DNA from: Desulfatiglandales bacterium
GTDB taxonomy: Bacteria; Desulfobacterota; DSM-4660; Desulfatiglandales; HGW-15
DNA: 64,000 nt
NCBI GenBank assembly: GCA_963667015.2
Contig: CAXXJJ010000004.1
Location: 1,856,001-1,920,000 of the forward strand
Reading direction: 5' to 3'
The position numbers and the translations under genes are program-made. Shown here piece by piece: positions 31,627 to 42,409 of the stretch. Under the pieces are notes generated by a model. The model was not told where the DNA came from and did not search any database. It was given only the letters and a program-made list of their open reading frames with translations. The first letter of the stretch is position 1; the number at the start of each line of letters is the position of its first letter.

Positions 31627-33051
31627 TTAAATGTCATAGTAAAGTGCAAATTCCCACGGATGCGGGCGAAGATCAATTGCCTCTACCTCTTTTTCCATCT
31701 TGTAATTGATCCATGTCTCGATAACATCAGGTGTAAAAACATCACCCTTAAGGAGATACTGATGATCAGCTGCAAGGTTATTAAGGGCTTCCCTCAGTGA
31801 TCCGGGGGTTTTTGGTACTAATGCCAGTTCTTCAGGTTCCATATCATAAATATCCCTGTCAAGCGGGTCACCCGGATCAATCTTGTTCTGGATACCGTCA
31901 ACAGCAGCCATGAGCATTGCGGAGAATGCCAGGTACGGGTTTGAGCTTGGATCAGGACATCTGAATTCCATTCTCTTTGCCTTTGGCGAGTTTGAATACA
32001 GAGGAATTCTTACTGATGCACTTCTGTTTCTTCTTGAATATGCCAGGTTAACAGGAGCTTCGTAACCGGGAACAAGTCTCTTGTAGCTGTTTGTTGTCGG
32101 GTTGGTGAATGCAAGAAGACTTGGTGCATGTTTCAGGATACCACCGATTGCATACATTGCTGTTTCTGAAAGACCTGCATATCCGTCACCTGCAAAGAGA
32201 TTTTCGCCATCCTTCCAGAAAGACATATGAACATGCATTCCGGTACCATTGTCACCAAACAGCGGTTTTGGCATAAAGGTTGCGGTTTTACCGTACAACT
32301 TTGCAGTGTTCTTGATAACATATTTATATTTCAGCAGGTTGTCAGCCATCTGGACAAGGGGTGCAAATTTCATATCAATCTCACACTGGCCGCCGGTAGC
32401 TACTTCATGATGCTGAGCCTCAATGGTTAGTCCTATCTTCTGCATGGTAAGAACCATGTCACTTCTTAGGTCCTGCATGCTGTCAGTGGGAGGAACCGGG
32501 AAATATCCTTCTTTGTAACGGATTTTATAGGCAAGATTGGGGTTTTCCACCCTTCCGGTATTCCATGCACCTTCTGAAGAGTCAAGGTGATAATAACCCT
32601 CATGCTGATTCTGGTCAAAACGCACACTGTCAAATACGAAGAATTCCGCTTCAGGACCAAAAAATGCTGTATCGGCAATTCCGAGGCTCTTAAGGTAGGT
32701 ATCGGCCTTGCGAGCTATATTGCGGGGGTCTCTTGTGTAATCTTCACCCGTAATGGGATCACAGATATTACAGATCATTACAAGGGTCTTTGCCTTGAAA
32801 AAGGGATCAATAAAAGCAGACTCTGCAACAGGCTTAATCAGCATGTCTGATTCATTGATTGCCTGCCATCCCCTGATGCTTGAGCCGTCAAAACCCATTC
32901 CGTTTATAAATGTATCTTCGTCAACCTCACTTGTCGGGTATGAACAATGCTGCCACAGTCCGGGAAAGTCCATGAATCGAAGGTCTATCATCTCGACCTT
33001 TTCCTCTTTGATTAAATTAATTACATCTTTTGCTGTTTTTATATCAGCCAT
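31627..33051 (-). CDS. glnA: Type I glutamine synthetase
   Basis: [43 protein letters not shown] adenylylation loop. Confidence 0.98.
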   Translation of the reverse strand: MADIKTAKDVINLIKEEKVEMIDLRFMDFPGLWQHCSYPTSEVDEDTFINGMGFDGSSIRGWQAINESDMLIKPVAESAFIDPFFKAKTLVMICNICDPITGEDYTRDPRNIARKADTYLKSLGIADTAFFGPEAEFFVFDSVRFDQNQHEGYYHLDSSEGAWNTGRVENPNLAYKIRYKEGYFPVPPTDSMQDLRSDMVLTMQKIGLTIEAQHHEVATGGQCEIDMKFAPLVQMADNLLKYKYVIKNTAKLYGKTATFMPKPLFGDNGTGMHVHMSFWKDGENLFAGDGYAGLSETAMYAIGGILKHAPSLLAFTNPTTNSYKRLVPGYEAPVNLAYSRRNRSASVRIPLYSNSPKAKRMEFRCPDPSSNPYLAFSAMLMAAVDGIQNKIDPGDPLDRDIYDMEPEELALVPKTPGSLREALNNLAADHQYLLKGDVFTPDVIETWINYKMEKEVEAIDLRPHPWEFALYYDI

Positions 33052-33148
33052 ATCTTCCTCCTTAAATAAAGTTAGGTAAATTTTTTTTGGTGCTGCGAAT
33101 TATATCATTGAACATCAATAAGATGATATCGTTTTTCTGGAATAATTA

Positions 33149-33282
33149 AGCAATTGCTATGCCAGACCACACAAATTTATATACCCTGTATTTTCAAGAT
33201 GTTACCTATTGATTTATTTTTTTCAAATACAGCAAACACTACAATATTGTAGATTAATGCAGGCCAAGGTTACATATTGGTA
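33149..33282 (-). promoter_or_regulatory. Sigma54 promoter of glnA with upstream activator dyads
   Basis: Minus strand TGGCAT-AGCAA-TTGCT (33164-33149); perfect palindrome CTACAATATTGTAG at 33239-33252; related TACA-N4-GGTA at 33271-33282. Confidence 0.75.
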
Positions 33283-33307
33283 TCTTTTTTAAAAAGGATC
33301 TCCGCTG

Positions 33308-34381
33308 TCAGGCATTGAGATCAAAATATTTTTTTATCCCTGCAACTGAAATCCTTTTTTTTGCCCCCAGATAGCATAGCTTTGCAGTCCTTATTCTCTC
33401 AATCGAGTCCATCAGCCTGTTCATGGTAATTTGATTTTTCAGTAATTTCTTCCTTACACGCTCAATACTCTCAATAACATTTTCCTGATTCTCACAGATG
33501 AGCAGGATATCCGCCCCTGCCTCAAATGAGGCAGCCGCCCCCCGGGCCACACCAACGGTTTTTGAAATAGCCCCCATCTCAAGGTCATCAGTAATAATAA
33601 GGCCCTTATATTTCAGCCTTTCCCTCAATATACCGGTAAGGATCCGGTGTGACAGGGTCCCGGGATAATCGGGATCGATATCGGGATACAGGGCATGGGA
33701 GGTCATTATGCCTGATACTTTTTGTTTGATCGCCATTTTAAAGGGAATAAGCTGATCATTTTCCGTTTCACCATTTTCGTATCTTATTGTAACATTCCCC
33801 TGATGAGGATCAAAACTTGCCAGACCAAGACCGGGGAAATGCTTTGCAACTGCCATTATGCCCTTTTTCTGAAATACATCTATAACAATACTTCCCAGCA
33901 AGCCGACCTTTTCGGGATCATCACTGAAAATACGGTTTTTAAGATGTTTATCAGGCTCCCCTCTTTTGACATCCATAACAGGGGCAAGATCCATGTTGAG
34001 CCCCACCAGACTCATCTCCTTTGCAGTAATACCTGCAAACTCTTTTGCCTTTTTCTCAGGATCTGGAGACATACCGATTGACTCGTTGCCGGGAAAGAGA
34101 GTAAAGGGTTCTCTGAGCCTGGCAACGTTACCGCCCTCCTGATCCACTGCAATAAACATGCTGTCGCCATGATTTTTTAATGACACGGCCTGAATATCTT
34201 TGCACAGTTTTGCCAGCTGCAGCGGGTCCTTAATATTTCTGCGGAACAGTATTATTCCGCCAATGTGATAATCACGTATTAATGATTCAGTTTGTCTGTC
34301 AAGTTCAGGACCGGGAATCCCGATCATGAACAACTGACCGACATAACTGTTAATCTCTGAAAGGTCCATGATAGTATTCAT
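33308..34381 (-). CDS. nagZ: Beta-N-acetylhexosaminidase (GH3)
   Basis: DQEGG, APVMDV, KHFPGLG...DPH, ITDDLEMGA. Confidence 0.88.
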   Translation of the reverse strand: MNTIMDLSEINSYVGQLFMIGIPGPELDRQTESLIRDYHIGGIILFRRNIKDPLQLAKLCKDIQAVSLKNHGDSMFIAVDQEGGNVARLREPFTLFPGNESIGMSPDPEKKAKEFAGITAKEMSLVGLNMDLAPVMDVKRGEPDKHLKNRIFSDDPEKVGLLGSIVIDVFQKKGIMAVAKHFPGLGLASFDPHQGNVTIRYENGETENDQLIPFKMAIKQKVSGIMTSHALYPDIDPDYPGTLSHRILTGILRERLKYKGLIITDDLEMGAISKTVGVARGAAASFEAGADILLICENQENVIESIERVRKKLLKNQITMNRLMDSIERIRTAKLCYLGAKKRISVAGIKKYFDLNA

Positions 34382-34476
34382 TAAAACCCTCTTGTTGATT
34401 TTATTCTTTTGACATAACTTATATTTACTTATAATCAGATACCTTCAATTGCAACAGATAACTAAAGGAAACAGTC

Positions 34477-35391
34477 ATGAAAGCTATGATAATGGCGGCC
34501 GGTTTCGGTACCAGGCTGAGGCCTCTCACAGACAATCTTCCAAAGGCGCTTGTACCCGTGCTTAACAGACCTGTTCTTGAACGTAACATAGAATACCTTG
34601 GCAGTTACGGCATAAAAGACATAATTATTAACGCCCATTATCATTCAGACCTTATTCAGGACTTTACAGCATCATGTAAAATCCCCGGGACCAACCTCAC
34701 AGTAAGCATTGAGAAGGAAATACTCGGCACCGGAGGGGGGATAGCCCGCTGCAGAGAATTTTTAAAAGACAGCACATTTATTGTCATCAACAGTGATATA
34801 CTTACAGACACTAACCTTGATCAGGCCGCAAAATGGCATTTGGAATCAGGTGATCCTGTTACAATGATAGTTCACGACTGTCCCAGTTTTAACCAGATAG
34901 ATATTACCCCTGACAGCAGGGTCAAGGCAATAAATAAAAATACCGCACCGGGCAGGGTTGCTTTTACAGGCATACATATTATCTCGCCCGAGATATTCGA
35001 CTTTTTGCCGGAGAACGGATATGCCGATATAATATCCGAAGGCTACAATCCTTTGCTTGAATCAGGGAGATCAATAAATGCATTTATGGCAGTTGATCAT
35101 TACTGGTATGATATCGGAACAATAGAAAGCTATAAAAAAGCAACTCTGGATTTTTTAAATTTGGAAAATAAAAAGTTCATAAAAGGTGACAACACCCATA
35201 TTGATCCAACAGTGGCCCTAAGAAACTGGGCAGTAATCGGAAATAACGTTACAATCGGAAGAGACGCGGTAATAGACAGCTCGATAATCTGGGACAATGC
35301 GGTCATTGAAGAAGGAGTGCATATTAAAGACAGCATTGTTACACAGGAAAATAATATTGTCAGGGCCTCTGAGACAGACAACATTAATTAG
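34477..35391 (+). CDS. Sugar-phosphate nucleotidyltransferase (MurU/GMPP-like)
   Basis: MAAGFGTRLRPLT..LPK, LGTGGG, INSD, WYDIG, short hexapeptide tail. Confidence 0.85.
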   Translation: MKAMIMAAGFGTRLRPLTDNLPKALVPVLNRPVLERNIEYLGSYGIKDIIINAHYHSDLIQDFTASCKIPGTNLTVSIEKEILGTGGGIARCREFLKDSTFIVINSDILTDTNLDQAAKWHLESGDPVTMIVHDCPSFNQIDITPDSRVKAINKNTAPGRVAFTGIHIISPEIFDFLPENGYADIISEGYNPLLESGRSINAFMAVDHYWYDIGTIESYKKATLDFLNLENKKFIKGDNTHIDPTVALRNWAVIGNNVTIGRDAVIDSSIIWDNAVIEEGVHIKDSIVTQENNIVRASETDNIN

Positions 35392-35445
35392 AAATTTCTT
35401 TATCATCAGTACAATAGGAAGTTGCAGGGAATATAATTGCCATTA

Positions 35446-36495
35446 CTAACGCACTTTCAGCAAAATAATAAAAAGAATACCCGTTAGCAACACCTGCAGC
35501 AGCATAAATCTTATAACCACCTGGGTATTGGACCAGCCTTTAACATGCCGGAAATAATCATGCAAAGGACAGCGAATGTTCCTGAACAGGTGTATCTTAA
35601 AGAGCCTGAGGAATACAAGCTTGAGCAATCCCGCACCACCGTTAAGCCAGAGAAGACTCCCGGTAACAATTAAAATAAAGGGATTTCCGGTCTTAAGAAG
35701 ACTTACCCCCAGCAGAAATCCAAGGGCGCGGGAACCCGCATCTCCCATAAGTACGCTGCTCGGGTAGGCATTGTACCATAAATATCCTCCAAGGCCTCCA
35801 AGGAATGTAAGCAGACAGATAGCCCATGATGCGGCAGTTGATGAGTACGGGATTTTAAGGTACTGGGAAATTTCTACATGGCCTATAATTACATACAGCA
35901 GTACAGCAAGAAAACTTCCGGCTATTCCTGTCAGGCTTCCGGACAATCCGTCCACACCGTCAGAACAGTTTGTCGTATTTATGGTTCCCCATATAATTGC
36001 AGTTGCAAGTATGCAAAACCAGAATCGTGATAAATGCACTACTGTTACAGTAAAGGGCAGCCATATCACCGGTACGTAATGCCATGTAAGAATAAGGGCA
36101 GCAGCTATGGCCAGAAAAAGATCAAGACTGCCTTTCAGTAATTCTCCCCAGGGCCGTGTACTTTTGTCATCAAGAAACCCTGTAAGCATGGTCAACCATG
36201 TGAGACATATTAAAAAATAATGTTCAGGTTCGGGAGGCATAACACAGGCTGCAATAATAAAACACACACTGATAAAAACAATCCCTGCACCTGTAGGTTT
36301 ACCCCTGGATTCCCGGCCATTAACTGTATTGGCCCGGCCACGGTCATTGGGCAGCCATCCATAAGTCGCAGGAAGAATGAACCATGTTACAAAAAAAGCA
36401 CCTGAAGCACCGAGCAGCAGCAGGAACAGATGTGAGGTTAAAAGCCTGAAGGGACCGAAATACGGTTCAAATAATGTACCCAGAAAAATGAGCAT
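35446..36495 (-). CDS. mraY: MraY-type phospho-N-acetylmuramoyl-pentapeptide transferase, divergent and outside the dcw cluster
   Basis: KPTGAG, GFLDD, NCSDGVDGL, LWYNAYP..VLMGDAGS, PLHD..W...QVVIRF. Confidence 0.75.
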   Translation of the reverse strand: MLIFLGTLFEPYFGPFRLLTSHLFLLLLGASGAFFVTWFILPATYGWLPNDRGRANTVNGRESRGKPTGAGIVFISVCFIIAACVMPPEPEHYFLICLTWLTMLTGFLDDKSTRPWGELLKGSLDLFLAIAAALILTWHYVPVIWLPFTVTVVHLSRFWFCILATAIIWGTINTTNCSDGVDGLSGSLTGIAGSFLAVLLYVIIGHVEISQYLKIPYSSTAASWAICLLTFLGGLGGYLWYNAYPSSVLMGDAGSRALGFLLGVSLLKTGNPFILIVTGSLLWLNGGAGLLKLVFLRLFKIHLFRNIRCPLHDYFRHVKGWSNTQVVIRFMLLQVLLTGILFIILLKVR

Positions 36496-36800
36496 AGATA
36501 AAACCCCTGTCGTAATAAAATATTATAATTGGATAAAACAATCCTTCTGTTTCCTGTATTCATGGAATATTTTCTGACAGGGTACATTGCAGACATGAAA
36601 GGAATATGAATAAAAAATGAAAAAATCTTGAAAATGGTCTGAATATCCGAATATACTTAATAAATTTTAAAAATTGGATATATCTTCTTAATATGGGGCT
36701 GGCATTATTACCTTGTATTCCTTTATAATAGCGAGTCGGCATTACATCAATGATGATTCATATATAAACATAGAAGCCTGCAAATCAAAGGAGAAAGAAT

Positions 36801-37361
36801 ATGAAAAAATATTTTTCAGCAGCTGCAGTAATACTGGCTATATGTATCAGCGGGTGTGCCACTACAGGTAAAACTCCTGCGGAAAAGCGCAAAGTAATCA
36901 TAGATATGAAGAATGAAGTACTTGGAGAGCTCTACAAACAGAAGCCTGATGTTAAACAGCAGATAGCCGGAGCCCCTGGTTATGCGGTATTCAGTAACGT
37001 TAATGTAAATATTATTTTTGCCAGTTTTGGCGGCGGATACGGTGTGGCAAAGAATAATAAAACAGGTAAATACACATATATGAAGATGGGCGAAGTCGGT
37101 GTCGGCCTGGGACTCGGGGCAAAAGATTTTCGTGTAGTATTCGTATTCCATAACGAAAAGGCCTATAACTATTTCATTGAACATGGCTGGGCATTCGGGG
37201 CACAAACCGATGCGGCAGCAAAATCCAGCGACAAAGGCGGTGCTGTCGGAGGTGAAATCTCAGCCAGTGATTTTACAATATATCAGCTGACTGAGACAGG
37301 CCTGGCTCTCCAGGCAACAGTAAAGGGCACCAAGTACTGGAAAGATGATTCATTGAATTAA
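36801..37361 (+). CDS. YSC84/SYLF-domain lipoprotein
   Basis: Lipobox ISGC; GYAVF, GGGYGV, GLGLG, GLALQATVKGTKYW. Confidence 0.8.
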   Translation: MKKYFSAAAVILAICISGCATTGKTPAEKRKVIIDMKNEVLGELYKQKPDVKQQIAGAPGYAVFSNVNVNIIFASFGGGYGVAKNNKTGKYTYMKMGEVGVGLGLGAKDFRVVFVFHNEKAYNYFIEHGWAFGAQTDAAAKSSDKGGAVGGEISASDFTIYQLTETGLALQATVKGTKYWKDDSLN

Positions 37362-37414
37362 TCTATGGAAATAAAAAGGAGGTTAACTTTAAAAAGCTAA
37401 CCCCCTGATTTTAT

Positions 37415-37490
37415 TGGAGGCGGCAACCAGACTCGAACTGGTGAATAACGGTTTTGCAGACCGCTGCCTTAGCCACTTGGCTATGCCGCC
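37415..37490 (-). tRNA. tRNA-Cys (GCA)
   Basis: GGCGGCATAGCCAAGTGG...CTGCAAA...GTTCGAGTC...GCCGCCTCCA. Confidence 0.97.
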
Positions 37491-37542
37491 CAAAATTTTA
37501 AGGTTAATCACGCTTCAGCGGGATTAACCTTTATTTTTTTAG

Positions 37543-37617
37543 TGGAGCGGGAAACGGGACTTGAACCCGCGACAATCACGTTGGCAACGTGAGGCTCTAC
37601 CACTGAGCTATTCCCGC
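37543..37617 (-). tRNA. tRNA-Gly (GCC)
   Basis: GCGGGAATAGCTCAGTGGTAGAGC...TTGCCAA...GGTTCAAGTCC...CCCGCTCCA. Confidence 0.97.
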
Positions 37618-37631
37618 AAAATATTTGGCCT

Positions 37632-37659
37632 ATTTTAGTGTTTTAATTCTTTTTGTCAA
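37632..37659 (-). promoter_or_regulatory. Sigma70 promoter of the tRNA pair
   Basis: TTGACA-16 bp-TAAAAT just upstream of tRNA-Gly. Confidence 0.7.
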
Positions 37660-37705
37660 TAGAAAATACCAGTTTTTTTAATATATAACAGGTATATATT
37701 TTCCA

Positions 37706-38236
37706 TCATTTTCCTGACTTATATTCCTGGTAATATTTCATGACTCTTTTTACAAATGTCCGGGTCTCTTTATATGGAGGAATACCTTTATATTGATCAA
37801 CCTTCTCGGGACCGGCATTATATGCGGCAAGTACATGTTCCAGTTTATTGTCAAAACGCTCCATCAGTTTGCTTAGATACCTGGAGCCCCCGAATATATT
37901 CTGCGTAGGATCATAGGGGTCATCCACAGCCATTTCACCGGCAGTACCGGGCATTAACTGCATGAGCCCCTGGGCACCTTTTTTTGACACTGCCTTGTGA
38001 TCAAATCCTGATTCTGCCTTTATGACCGCCTTAACAAGAAACGGTTCAAGGCTGAATTTTTCAGCCGCATTTTTAATTATGTCATCATACTTTTTTATAA
38101 AGGCATCAGGGTTATCTCTTGCTTCCTTTATATAAAATGTATACCGGACATCGGACCTGACATTGGTAAAATGCCATTTACCGTCTTTATCTTTATATCT
38201 GTAGATATCAGCAAGGGACCAGGAAGAAAAAAACAT
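37706..38236 (-). CDS. Lytic transglycosylase (SLT) with DUF4124-like N-terminus
   Basis: IYRYKDKDGKWHFTN, VIKAES, GAQGLMQLMP, AAYNAG; true start may be 38276 across a frameshift. Confidence 0.88.
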   Translation of the reverse strand: MFFSSWSLADIYRYKDKDGKWHFTNVRSDVRYTFYIKEARDNPDAFIKKYDDIIKNAAEKFSLEPFLVKAVIKAESGFDHKAVSKKGAQGLMQLMPGTAGEMAVDDPYDPTQNIFGGSRYLSKLMERFDNKLEHVLAAYNAGPEKVDQYKGIPPYKETRTFVKRVMKYYQEYKSGK

Positions 38237-38388
38237 TAAAAAAAATGTCGATGACTGCCACTATCTTTGGCAGCATCGCACAGGCAACAGACTGAACGCT
38301 GCAGAGTGGAACCACTCGTTCTGCAGCGTTATATTTATGTCTTACTTTTTCTGAAAACAGAGAAAGCATCTACAGATACAATCCTTTT

Positions 38389-39030
38389 TTATTTTGTTTT
38401 TTCCCAGTCTTTAAGGAAGTTGGCAAGCCCTATATCGGTTAAAGGATGTTTAATAAGCTGTTCCATTACCTTATAGGGGATGGTTGCAATATCAGCACCC
38501 ATGGTGGCAGCGTCAAGTACATGAAGCGGATTCCTGATACTTGCGACTATTATCTCGGTCTCATATCCATAGGCTTCATAAATAGCGATAATCTGCTCGA
38601 TAAGTTCCATACCTGTCTGACCAATATCATCAAGCCTTCCTACAAATGGGCTTATATAATCAGCACCTGCCTTGGCGGCCATTAAGGCCTGAACGGCTGA
38701 AAAGCAAAGTGTTACATTTGTCCTGATACCTTCGCCGGACAGTATCTTTACTGCCTTGAGGCCTTCCTTGATAAGAGGTATTTTAATTACTATATTGTCT
38801 GCAATCTTGGCCAGTTCCCTTGCCTCTGCTACCATACCTTCTGCGTCTGTGCTTACAACCTCCGCACTTACAGGGCCATCTACAATGGCGCATATCTCTG
38901 TTATCAGTTCCTTGAATTCTCTGCCCTCTTTTGCTACCAGCGAAGGATTGGTTGTCACACCATCAAGCAGACCAAGTTCATTTGCCTTTTTAATCTCATC
39001 AATGTTTGCGGTATCAATAAAAAATTTCAT
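38389..39030 (-). CDS. fsa: Transaldolase / fructose-6-phosphate aldolase family
   Basis: [34 protein letters not shown]. Confidence 0.9.
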   Translation of the reverse strand: MKFFIDTANIDEIKKANELGLLDGVTTNPSLVAKEGREFKELITEICAIVDGPVSAEVVSTDAEGMVAEARELAKIADNIVIKIPLIKEGLKAVKILSGEGIRTNVTLCFSAVQALMAAKAGADYISPFVGRLDDIGQTGMELIEQIIAIYEAYGYETEIIVASIRNPLHVLDAATMGADIATIPYKVMEQLIKHPLTDIGLANFLKDWEKTK

Positions 39031-39073
39031 TTGTCCCTCCCGACTCGGATATATTTTGTTAATTAATCTATCG

Positions 39074-39331
39074 TTAAGATTTTACTTTATCTTTATATTT
39101 TTCTGCACACTCTTTACTGCAGAACAATATTTCCTCTCCGCCCAAAACAGCCCTGTATGCCTCATTTCGGGGAATATAGGTTTTACAATAGGGGTCCTGA
39201 ACCATTTCGCTTATTACACCGGATGAAGATTCGCTGCCGGATATTTTTGAACCTGCCCCAAAGACCCTTTTTACAAGGCCGTAGAGTATATAGATCAGAA
39301 ATATAAAAAATAATAAGCGGATAAGACCCAT
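39074..39331 (-). CDS. YHS/TRASH-domain small membrane protein
   Basis: N-terminal TM; MVQDPYC.TYIP...FCSKEC. Confidence 0.75.
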   Translation of the reverse strand: MGLIRLLFFIFLIYILYGLVKRVFGAGSKISGSESSSGVISEMVQDPYCKTYIPRNEAYRAVLGGEEILFCSKECAEKYKDKVKS

Positions 39332-39828
39332 TAATTTTTCTCCATTAGCCTGACTTCCTGTTCTTCCAATGGAATCCCCTCAAGAATTTCTGCCATGCTC
39401 TTCCCCAGTACCGGGTGAACAAGCTCCGGCGCAATATCGGCCATAGGTGCCATTACAAACCGCCGTGTATGCATACGCGGGTGTGGAACGATCAGATTTT
39501 TATCATTTATAATCTCATTGCCAAATAAAAGCACATCAAGATCAATAACACGTGATTCCCATCTTACCCCCGACCTTGTCCTCCCCATATCTTTCTCTAT
39601 TCCCAGAAGCATCCCGATCAGTTCTCCGGGCGAAAGAGTAGTGTTGATGGCCAGGACAGCGTTTATAAACCATTTATCTCCCTCAATTCCAACAGGCTGT
39701 GTTCTGTAAAAGGGAGACAGCGCCTTTATATCACAAAAGGGTTGTTCTCTGATTGTATCCACTGCCTTGTTGCAGTTTTCGTACGGGTCACCCAGGTTAC
39801 TGCCGATACCTATATATACAGTTTTCAT
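39331..39828 (-). CDS. folK: 6-hydroxymethyl-dihydropterin pyrophosphokinase
   Basis: IGIGSNLGD, FINAV, RVIDLDVL, VPHPRMH.R.FV. Confidence 0.95.
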   Translation of the reverse strand: MKTVYIGIGSNLGDPYENCNKAVDTIREQPFCDIKALSPFYRTQPVGIEGDKWFINAVLAINTTLSPGELIGMLLGIEKDMGRTRSGVRWESRVIDLDVLLFGNEIINDKNLIVPHPRMHTRRFVMAPMADIAPELVHPVLGKSMAEILEGIPLEEQEVRLMEKN

Positions 39829-39832
39829 CAGT

Positions 39833-40636
39833 CTACTTTAATCCCAGCACATCCTGCATATCATATAGACCTGCATTCCTGCTGATAATCCATTTTGCGG
39901 CCCTTACAGCGCCTTTTGCAAAATTATCCCTGTTATGAGCCCTGTGGGTCAGTTCAAGGCGTTCACCTATCCCGCCAAAGAGGACAGTGTGATCGCCGGT
40001 GATATCACCTGCCCTTACAGTCTGGATACCGATCTCTTCATCGGTTCTCTGTCCTATAATACCATGCCTTGCATAAACTGCTGTTTTCTCAAGATCTCTA
40101 TCTGTGGCCTCGGCAAGTTTTTTAGCCAGACCAATGGCGGTTCCGCTCGGGGCATCCTTTTTAAGCCTGTGATGGGCCTCAACAATTTCGATATCATAGT
40201 CACCTCCAAGGATCTTTGCCATTTCCGCTGCTACCTTGAACATGACATTAACTCCGACACTGAAATTAGGGGCAAAAACCACGGGTATATTTTTTGCAGT
40301 TTCCCTGATCTCCTTTTGTTCATCCTCAGTAATTCCGGTTGTGCCGATGACCATTGCCTTTCCGGCCGCTGCTGCTGTTTTTATATTGCTTATGGTTGCA
40401 GCAGGAACGGTAAAATCGATAACCGCATCCCCCGAGGCTATGATAGCATCAAGCGATCCGCTAACCTTTATGCCGTTTTCTCCGATACCGGCAACCAGGC
40501 CCGCATCCTGCCCCACATTGGGATTATCAGGGTGCTCAAAGGCGCCGGAAAGTGTTACGCCTTCTGTCTCATTTATAATATTTATAATCCGGATACCCAT
40601 ACGCCCGGCAGCACCGGCAACAATTACATTAACCAT
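39833..40636 (-). CDS. dapB: 4-hydroxy-tetrahydrodipicolinate reductase
   Basis: GAAGRMG, IGTTG, EAHHRLKKDAPSGTA. Confidence 0.97.
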   Translation of the reverse strand: MVNVIVAGAAGRMGIRIINIINETEGVTLSGAFEHPDNPNVGQDAGLVAGIGENGIKVSGSLDAIIASGDAVIDFTVPAATISNIKTAAAAGKAMVIGTTGITEDEQKEIRETAKNIPVVFAPNFSVGVNVMFKVAAEMAKILGGDYDIEIVEAHHRLKKDAPSGTAIGLAKKLAEATDRDLEKTAVYARHGIIGQRTDEEIGIQTVRAGDITGDHTVLFGGIGERLELTHRAHNRDNFAKGAVRAAKWIISRNAGLYDMQDVLGLK

Positions 40637-40653
40637 TTTTTCCTCTATTCTAT

Positions 40654-41526
40654 TTATATCAGTCCGTAATCCCTTAACGCCTTTTTAAGCTTCTCAAGAT
40701 TTGCATCAGACATTGGCGCCAGGGGCAATCTTATTTCATCCCCGATTTTTCCCATAAGGGCCAGTGATGTTTTAACCGGTACAGGGTTGGTCTCATAGAA
40801 CATTGCCTGGCACAGGGGATAGAGTTTGAAGTATATTTCCCTTGCCCTTTCCATATTGCCATCCAGCCAGTTTTTGACAACATCGGCTGTGTCTTTCGGT
40901 ATGATATTGGCAACGACTGAAATCACACCTTTCCCGCCTATAGACAAAACAGGAAGTATCAGGTTGTCATCACCCGAAAGAAGAGTGATTTTATCTCCTG
41001 CAAGAGAGATGATATCTGTCATCTGGGCCAGGTTTCCTGAGGCTTCCTTAATTGCAACAACTTCAGGCAGCTCTGCCAGGCGGGCCACGGTTTCCGGAAG
41101 CATATTAACGCCTGTTCTCCCGGGCACATTATATAATACCTGAGGCAATGCAACTGCATCGGCTATAGCCTTGAAGTGCCTGTAAAGACCTTCCTGGCTC
41201 GGCTTGTTGTAATAGGGCGTCACCTGCAGGGTGGCATCAGCACCGGCCTTTTTTGCATGGGCAGAAAGTTCTATAGCCTCGCTTGTGCTGTTTCCACCGG
41301 TTCCCGCGATAACAGGCACACGTTTATTTATGGTTTCAATTGCTATATCTATTACTCTGGTATGTTCTTCAACGCTTAATGTGGCGGATTCTCCTGTTGT
41401 GCCGCATGGTACAATAGCGCTTGTACCGTTTTCAATCTGCTCTTCAATAAGAGCACGATATGTATCTTCATCGACTTTTCCATTTTTAAATGGAGTTATA
41501 ATCGCTACTATGGATCCCTGGAACAT
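40654..41526 (-). CDS. dapA: 4-hydroxy-tetrahydrodipicolinate synthase
   Basis: GTTGES, PYYNKP, YNVPGRTG, IKEASG. Confidence 0.97.
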   Translation of the reverse strand: MFQGSIVAIITPFKNGKVDEDTYRALIEEQIENGTSAIVPCGTTGESATLSVEEHTRVIDIAIETINKRVPVIAGTGGNSTSEAIELSAHAKKAGADATLQVTPYYNKPSQEGLYRHFKAIADAVALPQVLYNVPGRTGVNMLPETVARLAELPEVVAIKEASGNLAQMTDIISLAGDKITLLSGDDNLILPVLSIGGKGVISVVANIIPKDTADVVKNWLDGNMERAREIYFKLYPLCQAMFYETNPVPVKTSLALMGKIGDEIRLPLAPMSDANLEKLKKALRDYGLI

Positions 41527-41572
41527 TACTGTTACTCCTCATATATTTTAATATAATTTTATATTTCAGATA

Positions 41573-42394
41573 TTAGAGAGCTTCTTCGTTCAATTCGCCT
41601 TTATATATTATCGAGGTTCCTCCTTCAAGCCATACGCGGCTGAAACTGTCACCTTCCTTTTCGAAATGTATTTTAAGCTCTTCACCTCCGCTTGTTGTCA
41701 CTGTAACGGGTGATGAGACCAGCCCCCTGACATTTGCTATGAGTGATGAGGCAATAGCGCCGGTGCCGCATGCGAGGGTTTCGTTTTCAACACCCCTCTC
41801 ATATGTGCGGACATATAACTGATCCGTGCCCTTAACACTCATAAAATTTGCGTTTGTACCTGCAGGCTGGAACATGCTGTGATACCGGATAGCCCTTCCC
41901 TGCTCATTTACAGGGATATCTTTAATATTTTCCACCTGCACGACAACATGCGGAACTCCGGTGTTAACAAAACCTGCATTCAACCAGCCCTGCTCAAGGG
42001 GAAGGTCTATATCGGCCTTCAATCCTGTGGGAACAGGCATAAGCACCTTTACGGTTCTTCCCGATACATCTGCTGAGATGGGCCCTGCCAGTGTCATAAA
42101 TGTCATGCTCTCACCGGTTATTCCACTTAAAAGGGCAAATCTTGCAGTGCATCTTCCGCCGTTCCCGCACATCTCCGCTACACTACCGTCAGAGTTGATA
42201 AATTTCCATTCAAAATCATATTTATCGGAATCAACAATAAATATCATGCCGTCAGCGCCGACAGATTCTCTTCGCCGGCATGCCCTTTCGGCAAGATAAC
42301 TCATTTTATCCTCCGGGATTTTTCCATCCCTGTTATCAATAAGGATAAAATCATTTCCTGTTCCGCTCATTTTCATGAATTCTATTTTTTGCAT
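41573..42394 (-). CDS. dapF: Diaminopimelate epimerase
   Basis: GTGNDF, MCGNGGRC, YERGVENETLACGTG. Confidence 0.97.
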   Translation of the reverse strand: MQKIEFMKMSGTGNDFILIDNRDGKIPEDKMSYLAERACRRRESVGADGMIFIVDSDKYDFEWKFINSDGSVAEMCGNGGRCTARFALLSGITGESMTFMTLAGPISADVSGRTVKVLMPVPTGLKADIDLPLEQGWLNAGFVNTGVPHVVVQVENIKDIPVNEQGRAIRYHSMFQPAGTNANFMSVKGTDQLYVRTYERGVENETLACGTGAIASSLIANVRGLVSSPVTVTTSGGEELKIHFEKEGDSFSRVWLEGGTSIIYKGELNEEAL

Positions 42395-42409
42395 TTATTT
42401 TTCCATCTA

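Noticed and set aside
37415..37617. tRNAs as integration site of an island
   Set aside because: No duplicated tRNA 3' end or integrase seen in the window
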